Shown here one piece after another: positions 16,747-26,040 of a stretch of DNA of 32,000 nucleotides. The notes below the pieces were generated by a model. That model saw nothing but the letters and a program-made list of their open reading frames with translations. It had not been told where the DNA came from and did no database searches. A program made the position numbers and the translations under genes. The DNA lies in NCBI RefSeq assembly GCF_000007985.2, contig NC_002939.5, positions 2,460,001-2,492,000 of the forward strand, read 5' to 3'. Within the stretch, counting starts at the first letter, position 1. Every line of letters begins with the position of its first letter. Source of the DNA: Geobacter sulfurreducens PCA. Lineage in GTDB: Bacteria; Desulfobacterota; Desulfuromonadia; Geobacterales; Geobacteraceae.

Positions 16747-17900
16747 TAAACCTGCTTTCCGAGCATTTCCAGAACGATTCCTGCTACCCGTTCCGAGCAG
16801 CCGCCGGTACCGAGCTTTTCCTTGACCATGGCAAGGCCGGCGCGAGTTTTCTCCGCATAGGCGGGATCATCCAGATAGCGTCCGATCTCGGCGGCGATCC
16901 GGTCGGCCGAGGCATCGTCCTGGATCAGTTCTGGAACCACCCGCTCGCCCGCAACGATGTTGCAGATGCCGATATGGTCGACGCGGATGAGCCGCTTCCC
17001 CACCTGGTAGGTAAGCGGAGACACCTTGTAGATGATCACCATGGGCACGCCCATGAGGGCGATCTCCAGGGTCACGGTGCCGGAGACGGTAATTATGGCG
17101 TCACAGACCTGCATCACGTCGTACACCCGGTCTTGAGTCACAGTAACGTCAAGGCCCGATGCCGCCAGCAGGGGAGCAATGTCTCCATCGGTGAGGCTCG
17201 ATGCCAGCGGCAGGATGAACTGGATGTCGGGATAGCGTTCCCGCAGCTGCTGCGCGCTTTCGAGGATTACCGGGAAAAGCTTGGCGATCTCCCCGCGGCG
17301 GCTGCCGGGGAAGAGTCCCACCACTCGCCGCCCCGGATCGAGCCCGAAGGAGGCCAGGGCTTCGTCACGCCCCATGGTCGGACGCACCCGGTCCGCCAGC
17401 GGATGTCCCACGAAGCTGACCGGCACCCCGGCCCGTTCGTAAAAGGGCACCTCAAAGGGAAACACCACGGCCATCCGGTCCACCAGCCGGCCGATGGTCT
17501 TGACCCGCCCGGTCCGCCAGGCCCAGACCTGGGGACTGATGTAGTAGAGTACCTTGACGCCGTGGCGTCGGGCCACCCGGGCAAGAAGCATGTTGAAATC
17601 GGGGTAGTCGATGAGAATCAGGAGGTCGGGCGGATTCGAAACGATGACCTGCCTGAGCGTCATGAAGGCGCGGGAGATCACCCCGATGTGGGCCAGCACC
17701 TCCACGATACCCACCACCGCCATCTCCGAGGAGTCCACCAGGGTCTCCACCCCGGCTTCCCGCATGCGGGGGCCCCCGATGCCGAAGAAAGAGAGAGTCG
17801 GGTCAAGACGGAGCGCTTCCCTGACCAGTCCGGCCCCGTGGAGGTCGCCCGAGGCCTCGCCGGCAACGATCATGATTCGATGTGATGTGTTTTCTGTCAT
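16746..17900 (-). CDS. lpxB: Lipid-A-disaccharide synthase
   Basis: 384 aa. IMIVAGEASGDLHGAGLVREA at the N-terminus, plus DYPDFNMLLAR and YYISPQVWAWR, the LpxB (GT19) motifs. Confidence 0.94.
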   Translation of the reverse strand: MTENTSHRIMIVAGEASGDLHGAGLVREALRLDPTLSFFGIGGPRMREAGVETLVDSSEMAVVGIVEVLAHIGVISRAFMTLRQVIVSNPPDLLILIDYPDFNMLLARVARRHGVKVLYYISPQVWAWRTGRVKTIGRLVDRMAVVFPFEVPFYERAGVPVSFVGHPLADRVRPTMGRDEALASFGLDPGRRVVGLFPGSRRGEIAKLFPVILESAQQLRERYPDIQFILPLASSLTDGDIAPLLAASGLDVTVTQDRVYDVMQVCDAIITVSGTVTLEIALMGVPMVIIYKVSPLTYQVGKRLIRVDHIGICNIVAGERVVPELIQDDASADRIAAEIGRYLDDPAYAEKTRAGLAMVKEKLGTGGCSERVAGIVLEMLGKQV

Positions 17901-17905
17901 CCGTC

Positions 17906-17937
17906 AAAAATGGCAGAGACGCCCCGCAGGGCGTCTC
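17906..17937 (-). terminator. Strong GC hairpin with a nearby T5 run between gnnB-like gene and lpxB (possible partial intrinsic terminator, attenuator or RNA stabiliser)
   Basis: A 9-bp stem pairs 17916..17924 (GAGACGCCC) with 17929..17937 (GGGCGTCTC) around a 4-nt loop. On the minus strand the stem is followed by TGCCA, then TTTTT (17910..17906). The lpxB ATG at 17900 comes 5 nt after that. The T-run is offset 5 nt from the stem, so it is not a textbook terminator. Confidence 0.4.
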
Positions 17938-17966
17938 CGTGTTCAGTGTCGTGGCAGGTGTCGCAG

Positions 17967-19058
17967 CTAGAGCGCGCTCTTGATGACCCCGACCACCTCG
18001 CGCACCTGCTCCTCGGTCATCTCGGGGAAGATGGGGAGCGACATGCAGCGGGCCGCCGCATCCTCGGTCACCGGGAGGGTCAGGCCGGCGAACTGTACTG
18101 CAAAGACATCCTGCTTGTGCAGCGGGATGGGATAGTAAATGGCGGAGGCGATGCCCGCCCCGGTCAGGGCTTTCATGATGTCGTCGCGCCGGTCCGTGAG
18201 CAGTGTGTACTGGTGGTAGACGTGAACGCCCTTGCCGTCCTCGAAGGGGGTGACGATGCCGGTGCCGGCCAGCAGTTCCGAGTAGAGATGCGCCACCCGG
18301 CGCCGTCCCTGGTTGTACTCGTCGATATGCTTGAGCTTGGCCCGCAGGATCACGGCCTGGATCTCGTCGAGGCGGCTGTTGTAGCCGATGACCGAATGGT
18401 GATAGCGGACCTTGCTCCCGTGGTTGCGGAGCACCTTGACCATCTCGGCCGTCTCGGAGCAGGAGGTTGTCACGAGGCCCCCGTCGCCGTAGCACCCAAG
18501 GTTCTTGCTGGGGAAGAAGCTGAAGGCCCCCAGAGCGCCGATGGAACCGGTCATCCGGCCTGCCGCGGCGGCGCCGAAGGACTGGGCGCAATCTTCGACC
18601 AGAAGGAGGCCGTGTTTGGCGCAGATCGCCTCGATGGCCCCCATATCGGCGGGCTGGCCGAACAGGTGGACCGGCAGCACTGCACGGGTCCTGGGGGTGA
18701 TGGCCGCCTCGATGGCTGCCGGATCGATATTGTAGGTGCGCGGGTCAATGTCGACGAAGACCGGCGTCGCCCCCACATAGCGAATGGCCTCGGCCGTTGC
18801 GATGAAGGTGAAGGGGGAGGTGATCACCTCGTCACCCTCCTTGATGCCGGCTGCGGCCAGAGCAAGATGAAGGGCGTCGGTGCCGGAGGCTACCCCAATG
18901 GCGTGCTTCACGCCCAGGTACGCCGCAGCCTCCTCCTCGAAGGCGCTCACGTTGGGACCGAGGATGAACTGGGTCTTCTCCAGGGCTTCCAGAATGCCCC
19001 GGTCGATCTCGTCTTTAAGTTTCAGGTACTGGACCTTGAGGTCTACCATTGGAATCAT
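17967..19058 (-). CDS. gnnB: DegT/DnrJ/EryC1/StrS-family PLP-dependent sugar-nucleotide aminotransferase, probable UDP-3-keto-GlcNAc transaminase (GnnB-like)
   Basis: 363 aa. MIPMVDLKVQYLKLKDEIDRGILEALEKTQFILGPNVSAFEEEAAAYLGVKHAIGVASGTDALHLAL, plus FFPSKNLGCYGDGG with the catalytic lysine. AAGGAGG Shine-Dalgarno before ATG 19058. The fold assignment is firm. The GnnB role rests on its position between lpxA/oxidoreductase and lpxB. Confidence 0.7.
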   Translation of the reverse strand: MIPMVDLKVQYLKLKDEIDRGILEALEKTQFILGPNVSAFEEEAAAYLGVKHAIGVASGTDALHLALAAAGIKEGDEVITSPFTFIATAEAIRYVGATPVFVDIDPRTYNIDPAAIEAAITPRTRAVLPVHLFGQPADMGAIEAICAKHGLLLVEDCAQSFGAAAAGRMTGSIGALGAFSFFPSKNLGCYGDGGLVTTSCSETAEMVKVLRNHGSKVRYHHSVIGYNSRLDEIQAVILRAKLKHIDEYNQGRRRVAHLYSELLAGTGIVTPFEDGKGVHVYHQYTLLTDRRDDIMKALTGAGIASAIYYPIPLHKQDVFAVQFAGLTLPVTEDAAARCMSLPIFPEMTEEQVREVVGVIKSAL

Positions 19059-19146
19059 TGTCTTCCTCCTTGGATACGCATTGAAACGCGGACGTGGTGC
19101 TTGACCATCAGATCAAAGGTATCAATCCGTTAACGCTTCAACGCGT

Positions 19147-20079
19147 CTACAGTTGTTTCGTAATCATGAGCGCCGTCTCCAGAGCCCGCTTGCCGTCCCG
19201 GCCACTCACCACCGGGGTCGCCCCGGTCCTGATGCAGTCCAGGAACGAGGCGATCTCGCTCTTCAGGGCATCGCCCTGCTCGAACGTCTTCTGGTCCATG
19301 GCCACATTGGGCACGCCGGGGAACATCTCGCCGCTCCCCTTGCGGAAGACCGCCAGGGATTTATTCTGGAAGTCGACCGTGATGTAGGAGTCGGCCTGGA
19401 AGATCCGCATCTTGCGCTCGCTCTTCAGGCTGATCCGGCTGGCAGTGACGTTGGCCACACAGCCGTTCTCGAACTGGATCCGGGCATTGGCAATGTCTTC
19501 CTCGTCGGTGAAGACCGGCGCGCCGATGGAATTGACCTGCTTCACGGGCGAATCGATGATGTGCTGGATGATGTCGATGTCGTGGATCATGAGGTCGAGC
19601 ACCACGTTCACATCGGTCCCCCGGGGCTTGAACGGAGCGATCCGGAGCGATTCGATGAAGCGCGGCCCGGTCAGCAGCTCGTCAAGGGCCATGACCACCG
19701 GATTGAAGCGCTCAAGGTGCCCCACCTGGAACACCGCCTTCCGCTCATCGGCAATGCGGATCAGCTCATCCGCTTCCTCGATGGTGGTGGTAATCGGTTT
19801 TTCCAGCAGCACGTGGACACCACGGTCCAGAAACGCCCGCGCCACCTCGAAATGGTACTGGGTCGGCACCACAATGCTCACGGCGTCGACCCGGTCCAAC
19901 AGCTCACGGTAATCGGTGCAGGGACTGGTACCGACCTTGGCCGCCACCTCTGCGGCCCGGTTCATGTCGGTGTCGACCACCGCCACCAGCTCGGTATCAG
20001 GAAGCTGGGCATACTTTTCCGCATGAAACTGTCCCAGGTAGCCGACGCCGATAACCGCTGTCCGTAGTTTGTCCGTCAT
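19147..20079 (-). CDS. gnnA: Gfo/Idh/MocA-family NAD-dependent oxidoreductase, probable UDP-GlcNAc 3-dehydrogenase (GnnA-like)
   Basis: 310 aa. [18 protein letters not shown] Rossmann motif, LLEKPI (the EKP motif) and [11 protein letters not shown] 20079..20077 forms an ATGA overlap with the lpxA stop, so it is translationally coupled to lpxA. Confidence 0.7.
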   Translation of the reverse strand: MTDKLRTAVIGVGYLGQFHAEKYAQLPDTELVAVVDTDMNRAAEVAAKVGTSPCTDYRELLDRVDAVSIVVPTQYHFEVARAFLDRGVHVLLEKPITTTIEEADELIRIADERKAVFQVGHLERFNPVVMALDELLTGPRFIESLRIAPFKPRGTDVNVVLDLMIHDIDIIQHIIDSPVKQVNSIGAPVFTDEEDIANARIQFENGCVANVTASRISLKSERKMRIFQADSYITVDFQNKSLAVFRKGSGEMFPGVPNVAMDQKTFEQGDALKSEIASFLDCIRTGATPVVSGRDGKRALETALMITKQL

Positions 20080-20846
20080 CTGCAGAGTCCCCTTTCCGAT
20101 TTCTCGGCAAAAGTAACAAAGTGGTCGACCTCCTGCGAGGGAGGGATTTCCTCGCGGATGCGGCGCAATGCCTCCTCCAGCTTGAGACCGGACCGGATCA
20201 CGAGCCGGTAGGCTTTCTTGATCCGGCCAACGAGCTCCTCGGAGAAGCCGCGCCGCCGGAGCCCCACCGTGTTGAGACCGGAGGAAACCGCCCGGTTGCC
20301 GCTGGCGATGGTGAACGGCAACACATCCTGAACAACCATGGCCCCTCCGGAGAGCATGGCGCTCTCGCCCACCCTGACGAATTGATGAACCGCCGAAAGC
20401 CCGCCGAGGATGGCGAAATCCTCGACTACCACATGGCCGGCCAGTGTCGATCCGTTGGCCATGATGACCCGATTGCCGATCACACAGTCGTGGGCCACAT
20501 GACAGTAGGCCATGAACAGGTTGTCGTCACCGATTACCGTTTCGCCGATGCCGGTGACCGTCCCCGGCTGGAGCGTCGTGAACTCGCGAATGACATTACG
20601 GTTGCCGATCCGCAGCCAGGTTTCCTCTCCCCGGTATTTCAGGTCCTGGGGAATGCCGCCCACGGAGGCCATGTTGAAGATCCGGTTGTCCTCGCCGATC
20701 TCGGTCCAGCCGTCGATGACGGTGTGGGGTCCAACGGTGGTGCCCCGTCCGATACGAACGTGCGCCCCGATAATGACATAGGGGCCGATTTCTACACCCT
20801 CGGCGATTTCCGCCCCGGGATGCACGATTGCCGTAGGATGAATCAT
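20076..20846 (-). CDS. lpxA: UDP-N-acetylglucosamine (or UDP-GlcNAc3N) acyltransferase
   Basis: 256 aa. [33 protein letters not shown] hexapeptide left-handed beta-helix repeats, then the LpxA C-terminal helical domain ([13 protein letters not shown]). The start abuts the fabZ stop. Confidence 0.94.
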   Translation of the reverse strand: MIHPTAIVHPGAEIAEGVEIGPYVIIGAHVRIGRGTTVGPHTVIDGWTEIGEDNRIFNMASVGGIPQDLKYRGEETWLRIGNRNVIREFTTLQPGTVTGIGETVIGDDNLFMAYCHVAHDCVIGNRVIMANGSTLAGHVVVEDFAILGGLSAVHQFVRVGESAMLSGGAMVVQDVLPFTIASGNRAVSSGLNTVGLRRRGFSEELVGRIKKAYRLVIRSGLKLEEALRRIREEIPPSQEVDHFVTFAEKSERGLCR

Positions 20847-21299
20847 TTAGAGTTTTTCCTTGTCGGCAAAGGTCGCCTTGAGCTCCGCCTCGGTGACCAG
20901 CTTGCCGTTCACGGTGGCCCTGGCGCTGAAGCACCAGATGCCCCGCTTGCAACCGGAGATCGTTACTTCGATCCGCAGTTGGTCTCCCGGCACCACCGGT
21001 TTGCGGAACTTGACGTTGTCGATGGAGGCAAAGTAGCAGACCTTGTCGCGGACCTCGTCGCCCAAGGTCACATAGGCGTAGATTCCCCCCACCTGGGCCA
21101 TGGCCTCAACGATCAGGACTCCCGGCATCACCGGGTGTCCCGGAAAGTGGCCTTGGAAAAACGGCTCATTGATGCTGACGTTCTTGATCCCCACGATCCG
21201 CTCGCCGGCAACGTACTCCACAATCCGATCCACCAGGAGGAAGGGGTAGCGGTGGGGAAGAATCTTCATGATTTCGTTGATATCAAAGACTGTTTCCAT
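20847..21299 (-). CDS. fabZ: 3-hydroxyacyl-ACP dehydratase
   Basis: The track ORF extends to 21428, overlapping the lpxD 3' end. ATG 21299..21297 is preceded by GAGGAG 7 nt upstream and gives 150 aa: [26 protein letters not shown]...[23 protein letters not shown], the FabZ hot-dog signature. Confidence 0.93.
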   Translation of the reverse strand: METVFDINEIMKILPHRYPFLLVDRIVEYVAGERIVGIKNVSINEPFFQGHFPGHPVMPGVLIVEAMAQVGGIYAYVTLGDEVRDKVCYFASIDNVKFRKPVVPGDQLRIEVTISGCKRGIWCFSARATVNGKLVTEAELKATFADKEKL

Positions 21300-21399
21300 G
21301 TTCACGCTCCTCAAAAGAGAAAAACGGACCGCCCGGAGGACAGTCGCGTTTTCTCGATTACACGACCGAAAATAGCGAAACAAACCGGTGCGGAGCCGG

Positions 21400-22443
21400 C
21401 TAGACTGCGGATTCCAGCTTCTCCTCAAGCTCGCGGAGCCGTTTTTCCAGGGCGGCCACAGTCCGCTTCATTTCAGGGAGTTTCGGCACAACCGCCGAGG
21501 CACGGAGCCACTCCCGGTGATCGAAGGCAGGGATGCCGCTCATAATGGTGCCCGAGGGCACATTGCCCGGAACGCCCGACTTTGCGCCAATCATGGCATT
21601 ATCGCCGATCTCAAGGTGCCCGGCCACGCCCACCTGCCCGCCGAGCGTTACCCGCCTGCCGAGCTTGGTACTCCCCGAAATGCCCACCTGGGAGACGATC
21701 ATGCAGTTCTCGCCGATGACGCAGTTGTGAGCGATCATGACGAGGTTGTCGACCTTGGTCCCTTTACCGATAACGGTGGAAGCAAGGGCGGCACGGTCGA
21801 TGGCGGCGTTGGCGCCGATTTCCACGTCATCCTCGATCACCACGTTGCCCAGCTGGGGGATCTTGTACCAGCCGTCGCCGTCGGGCGCGTAGCCGAAGCC
21901 GTCGGAACCGATGATGGTCCCCCCGTGGATCGTTACCCGGTTGCCGATGCGGCACCCCTGATAGACCGTGACGTTGGCATGGAGCGTGACGTCGTCGCCG
22001 ACAGTGACCCCCTCATAGAGCACCACTCCCGGATGAAGCGTCACCCGGTCGCCTATGGTCACATTATCGCCGACCACCGCACCCGGGTGAATCGTTATCT
22101 CCGAGCCGAGTTTCACGTTCCGGCCGACATGGGCTCCGTCCATCACTCCGCGGGCCGCGCGGGGAGCCACGTAGAAGAGGGTCAGCAGCCGGGCGAACGC
22201 CAGATAGGGATTGGGGACCATGATGGCGTTGTGGTTGTGCCGTTCGGCGCCGGGCGGCAAAATGACCGCGCCGGCCCTGGTGGAGGCAACCTTCGGCGCA
22301 TAGCGGGGATTGGCGAGAAACGTGATCTGGCTGTCGGTGGCGTCATCGAGGCTCGCCACGCCGACGATCTGGCGGGAGCCGTCGCCGACCAGCGTTCCAC
22401 CGAGGTAGTCAGCCAGTTCCTGTAGCGTCTTGCTCACGGCCAT
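21400..22443 (-). CDS. lpxD: UDP-3-O-acylglucosamine N-acyltransferase
   Basis: 347 aa. [16 protein letters not shown]...[14 protein letters not shown]-terminal domain, a long hexapeptide-repeat core and a C-terminal coiled helix. Standard skp-lpxD-fabZ-lpxA order. Confidence 0.94.
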
Positions 22444-22444
22444 C

Positions 22445-22963
22445 TTATTTCTTCCGGGAGGCGTTGAAAATCTTCAGAACGTCCTCGGTCAGGTCGGCTT
22501 TATCGTCGGCAAAGATCATGCTCTCGTTCTTCACGAAGATGATCGTGTAGCCGCTCTTGCGGCCGAAGTCCTGAATGACCCGCTCCAGCTCCTCGATGAT
22601 CCGCTTGGTGAACTCCTCGTCCTTGGCCTGGAGCTCGTCCTGGGCATCCTTGGTGAACCGCTGGAACTCCTTGAGCTTCTGCTGATAGTCCTTCTCCTTG
22701 GCGTTGCGCGCCGAATCGGAGAGGAGCACGCTCTGCTTTTCCAGGTCGTCCTTCAGCTTTTTGAGCTCATCCTGCTTGAGGTTGATTTCGTCCTGGTACT
22801 TCTTCACCTTTGCCGCAAGCTGCTCCTTGGCCTCCTTGCCCGCTTCGGAGAGGTTGAGAGCCTTCTGCATGTCGATGAAGCCGAGTTTGCCCCCTTCCGC
22901 TCCGAAGGCGGAAGCGGCAATGAGTGACAACGTAACGACGGTGGCTGCAATGATCCTTTTCAT
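22445..22963 (-). CDS. skp: Periplasmic chaperone Skp/OmpH
   Basis: 172 aa with signal peptide [21 protein letters not shown]. Lys/Glu-rich coiled-coil body ([32 protein letters not shown]). AAAGGAG Shine-Dalgarno. Sits between bamA and lpxD. Confidence 0.9.
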
Positions 22964-23001
22964 TGTTTCTCCTTTAGCTGGTGCTCTGAAACCCGCAGGT
23001 T

Positions 23002-25299
23002 CTAGAAAAAGCTCCCGATTGAAAATTCGAAACGCCCGCTTGACTTGTCGATGCCGTCGCGGGGGTTGAGCGGAATGCCGTACTCAAGCCGCAGCGGTCC
23101 CATGGGAGACACCCACCGGATACCGGCACCGTAACTCATCAGGACACTGGAGAACATATCCTGGTTCTCGCCGTACACGTTACCCGCATCAAAGAAGAGA
23201 ACCCCTTTGAGGCCCGCATCCTTGAGGAGCGGAATCGTGTATTCCACGTTCAGGATCGCCTCCTTGTCGCCGCCGACAAATGCCCGTTCGGGGTTTGTCG
23301 TGGGGAGGCCGGTCAGCGGGTCGGTGGTCGGCACATAGGTGATAATGGACGGGCTCACACTTCGGCCCTCAAATCCCCGCAGAGTATTGATGCCGCCGGC
23401 GAAGAAGCGCTCGTCAATGGAAATGTCCTTGCCGCCGAGCCCCTGGATGTAACCGAGGGTACCCCGCAGGCTCAGAACCGTCCCGAAACCGGTCGGGAAA
23501 AAGACCGAAGTATCGCCGTAGTAGCGGAGGAACCGGTTTGTGCCGCCGAGACCGGCGAACTCGACCGAGAGGTTGTTGACCATGCCGCGCGTGGGGTCGA
23601 GACGGTAGTCGGTGGTGTCCCTGGTCAGGCTCACATAGATGGAGCTGGTAGTGGAGTTGGTCTCGGGCACGACCCGCAGGGCCGGTGAGATGTCGAAGAT
23701 TTCCTTCTGCTCGTACTTGTAGACCCAGAGGGTTCTCAAAGTATCGCTCAGAGGATACCCCGCCTTGATGTCGCCGCCCGTTGCCCGGCGGGTAAAGTCG
23801 AGGTAGTCGCGCTCGGTCCGGTAAAGGTCGCCCCCCAAAGTCCAGCGGGTATCGAGGAAATAGGGGTCGGTGAGACCCAGGTTGAACGTGGACGATTTGC
23901 CGCCGATGGAGGCGGCCAGGTTAGCCCTGAGGCCCAGCCCAAGGAAGTTGCCCTGGGAGACGGAGCCCTGGCCGATAAGGCCGTCAAGCGAACTGTAGCC
24001 GGCACCGATGCTGAAGGTGCCGGTGGGCTTCTCCTTCACCTCGATATTCACATCCAGCTTGTTCTCGGCGCTCCCCTTAACCGTGGAGATTGCCGCTTCC
24101 TCAAAGAACCCGAGGTTCATGAGGCGCTGCTTGCTCTGCTTCAGGCCCGTGCTGCTGTAGGTTTCGCCCTCGGCCACTTTCAGCTCGCGGCGAATGACCT
24201 TGTCGCGGGTCTTGGTGTTGCCGCTAACGTTGATGCGATCGAAGAAGACCTTCTCCCCCTTTTCGAACTCGAAGGTCAGGTCCACGGTCTTCGTTTCCGG
24301 GTTCACCTTGGTGAGCGGTGTCACGTTGACAAAGGCAAATCCCTTGTCCGCGTAAAGATCGGTGAGCGTCATAACATCGGTACGGAGATTCGCCCGGCTG
24401 AACACATCCCCCGACTTGAGCCTGAGCACCTTGGTGAGGTCCTCCTCCTTCTCCAGCAGATCCCCCTTGTAGCCGATGGCGCCGGTCCTGAACTGATCCC
24501 CCTCGGTGATGCCGATGGTTACGATAAGGCCGCTTTTGTCCTCGTTGAGCGCCACCTGGGGCTCTCCGACCTTGACGTTGACGTAGCCGTTGTTGAAGTA
24601 GAGATCGGCGATGAGGTTTGCATCGTTCTTCACCACCTCGTCTTTGTAGGTGCCGGCACCGGTAAGCCAGGAGAGGAACCACTTCTCCTTGGTCTCCATG
24701 ACTCCGCGAAGCTTGCTTGCGTTGAAGGCCTTGTTGCCCTCGAAGCGGATCGACTTGATCAGGACCTTTTCCCCTTCGGCCACCGAGACAATCACCCGCA
24801 CGTCGGTGTCGGAACGCTTCTCGCTCCGGGTGGTGACTTCGGCCAGGTAATAGCCCTCATCCCCGTAGAGTTTCTTGACCCGCTTGCCCGCCAGGGTCAA
24901 CTCCTTCTGGGAAAAGATGGTGTTCGCCTTGAGTCCCAGGGCGTCCCGCACCTTGTCGGTGGAAAGCTCCTTGTTACCCTCGATCCTGACTTCGCGGATA
25001 ATGGGCTTTTCCTGCACCGTATAGACCAGGACCACTCCACCATCGCCCTGCTCGGTCTCTGCCCGCACGTCGATGAACTGCCCGAGCTTGTAAACAGCCC
25101 GCACATCGGCGTCCACCTTTTCGGCGTAGAGCAGATCGCCCGTTTTGAGAGAAAGGGCGTTGGTTATGGCAGCCGTCTCGACCCGCCGGTTCCCCTTGAC
25201 CCGGACATCGATGATTTTTTCACCCTCGGCCCGAACACCCTGAACGTTCAGCACCACTGCGGCAATGATTCCTAGTGAAGTCGCTTGTAGCCGTCGCAC
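23002..25299 (-). CDS. bamA: Outer membrane protein assembly factor BamA (Omp85)
   Basis: 765 aa. GTG start at 25299 and signal peptide ending VRA-EG. Repeated POTRA-type segments (IIDVRVKGNRRV, IREVRIEGNK, IKSIRFEGNKAF, FDRINVSGNTKTRDKVIRREL). C-terminal beta-barrel ends in the aromatic terminus FSIGSFF. Confidence 0.95.
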   Translation of the reverse strand: MRRLQATSLGIIAAVVLNVQGVRAEGEKIIDVRVKGNRRVETAAITNALSLKTGDLLYAEKVDADVRAVYKLGQFIDVRAETEQGDGGVVLVYTVQEKPIIREVRIEGNKELSTDKVRDALGLKANTIFSQKELTLAGKRVKKLYGDEGYYLAEVTTRSEKRSDTDVRVIVSVAEGEKVLIKSIRFEGNKAFNASKLRGVMETKEKWFLSWLTGAGTYKDEVVKNDANLIADLYFNNGYVNVKVGEPQVALNEDKSGLIVTIGITEGDQFRTGAIGYKGDLLEKEEDLTKVLRLKSGDVFSRANLRTDVMTLTDLYADKGFAFVNVTPLTKVNPETKTVDLTFEFEKGEKVFFDRINVSGNTKTRDKVIRRELKVAEGETYSSTGLKQSKQRLMNLGFFEEAAISTVKGSAENKLDVNIEVKEKPTGTFSIGAGYSSLDGLIGQGSVSQGNFLGLGLRANLAASIGGKSSTFNLGLTDPYFLDTRWTLGGDLYRTERDYLDFTRRATGGDIKAGYPLSDTLRTLWVYKYEQKEIFDISPALRVVPETNSTTSSIYVSLTRDTTDYRLDPTRGMVNNLSVEFAGLGGTNRFLRYYGDTSVFFPTGFGTVLSLRGTLGYIQGLGGKDISIDERFFAGGINTLRGFEGRSVSPSIITYVPTTDPLTGLPTTNPERAFVGGDKEAILNVEYTIPLLKDAGLKGVLFFDAGNVYGENQDMFSSVLMSYGAGIRWVSPMGPLRLEYGIPLNPRDGIDKSSGRFEFSIGSFF

Positions 25300-25365
25300 C
25301 GCTACCCCGGAAATGTGGATTTTAACTGCGCTGCCCTACGTGCTGCCTGTTGAGACGAAAGAGTG

Positions 25366-26040
25366 CTACACCTCGATGCGGCCGTCCACCAGCCGGACAG
25401 TCCGTCCCATGCGGGAAGCGAGCCGCTCATTATGGGTCACGACCACCAGGGTCAGGCCCCGTTTCCGGTTGATTTCGGAGAGCGTTTCATGAACCTCGTC
25501 GCTGGTCTTCATGTCCAGGTTGCCAGTCGGCTCATCGGCCAGCAGGAGCCGGGGCGACAGGACCAGAGCCCGCGCGATGGCCACCCGCTGCTGCTCCCCG
25601 CCGGACAACTCCCCCGGCTTGTGGGTGAGCCGGTGGGCAAGGCCGACCTCCGAAAGCAGTTCCCGGGCCGGGCCAAGCGCCGCGGATCGCTTCATGCCGC
25701 CGATCAGGGCCGGCATCATAACGTTTTCCTCTGCCGTGAACTCCGGCAGCAGATGATGAAACTGAAACACAAAGCCGATGGAGCGGTTGCGGAAAGCGGC
25801 CAGGTCCATGTCGCTTTTCCGGAAGACATCTTCGCCGCCGAACAGCACCGACCCTGACGAAGGGCGGTCCAAGGTCCCCATAAGATGGAGGAGGGTGCTC
25901 TTGCCGGCCCCTGAGGCCCCCACCAGGGCAATGGTTTCCCCTTCGGCAACCGCCAGATTGACCCCCCTGAGCACATCGACGCGAGTGTCCCCGGCGCCGT
26001 AGGTCTTGCAGAGGTCCACAACCTCGATGAGGTTACTCAT
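25366..26040 (-). CDS. lolD: Lipoprotein-releasing ABC transporter, ATP-binding protein
   Basis: 224 aa. Walker [12 protein letters not shown], signature [15 protein letters not shown], Walker [13 protein letters not shown]. Overlaps the upstream permease gene by 8 nt. Confidence 0.9.

Noticed and set aside
25300-25365. A possible bamA promoter: TAAAAT as a -10-like hexamer on the minus strand in the lolD-bamA spacer.
   Set aside because: No acceptable -35 lies at 16-18 nt spacing. A lone AT-rich hexamer in a 66-nt spacer is not enough evidence.
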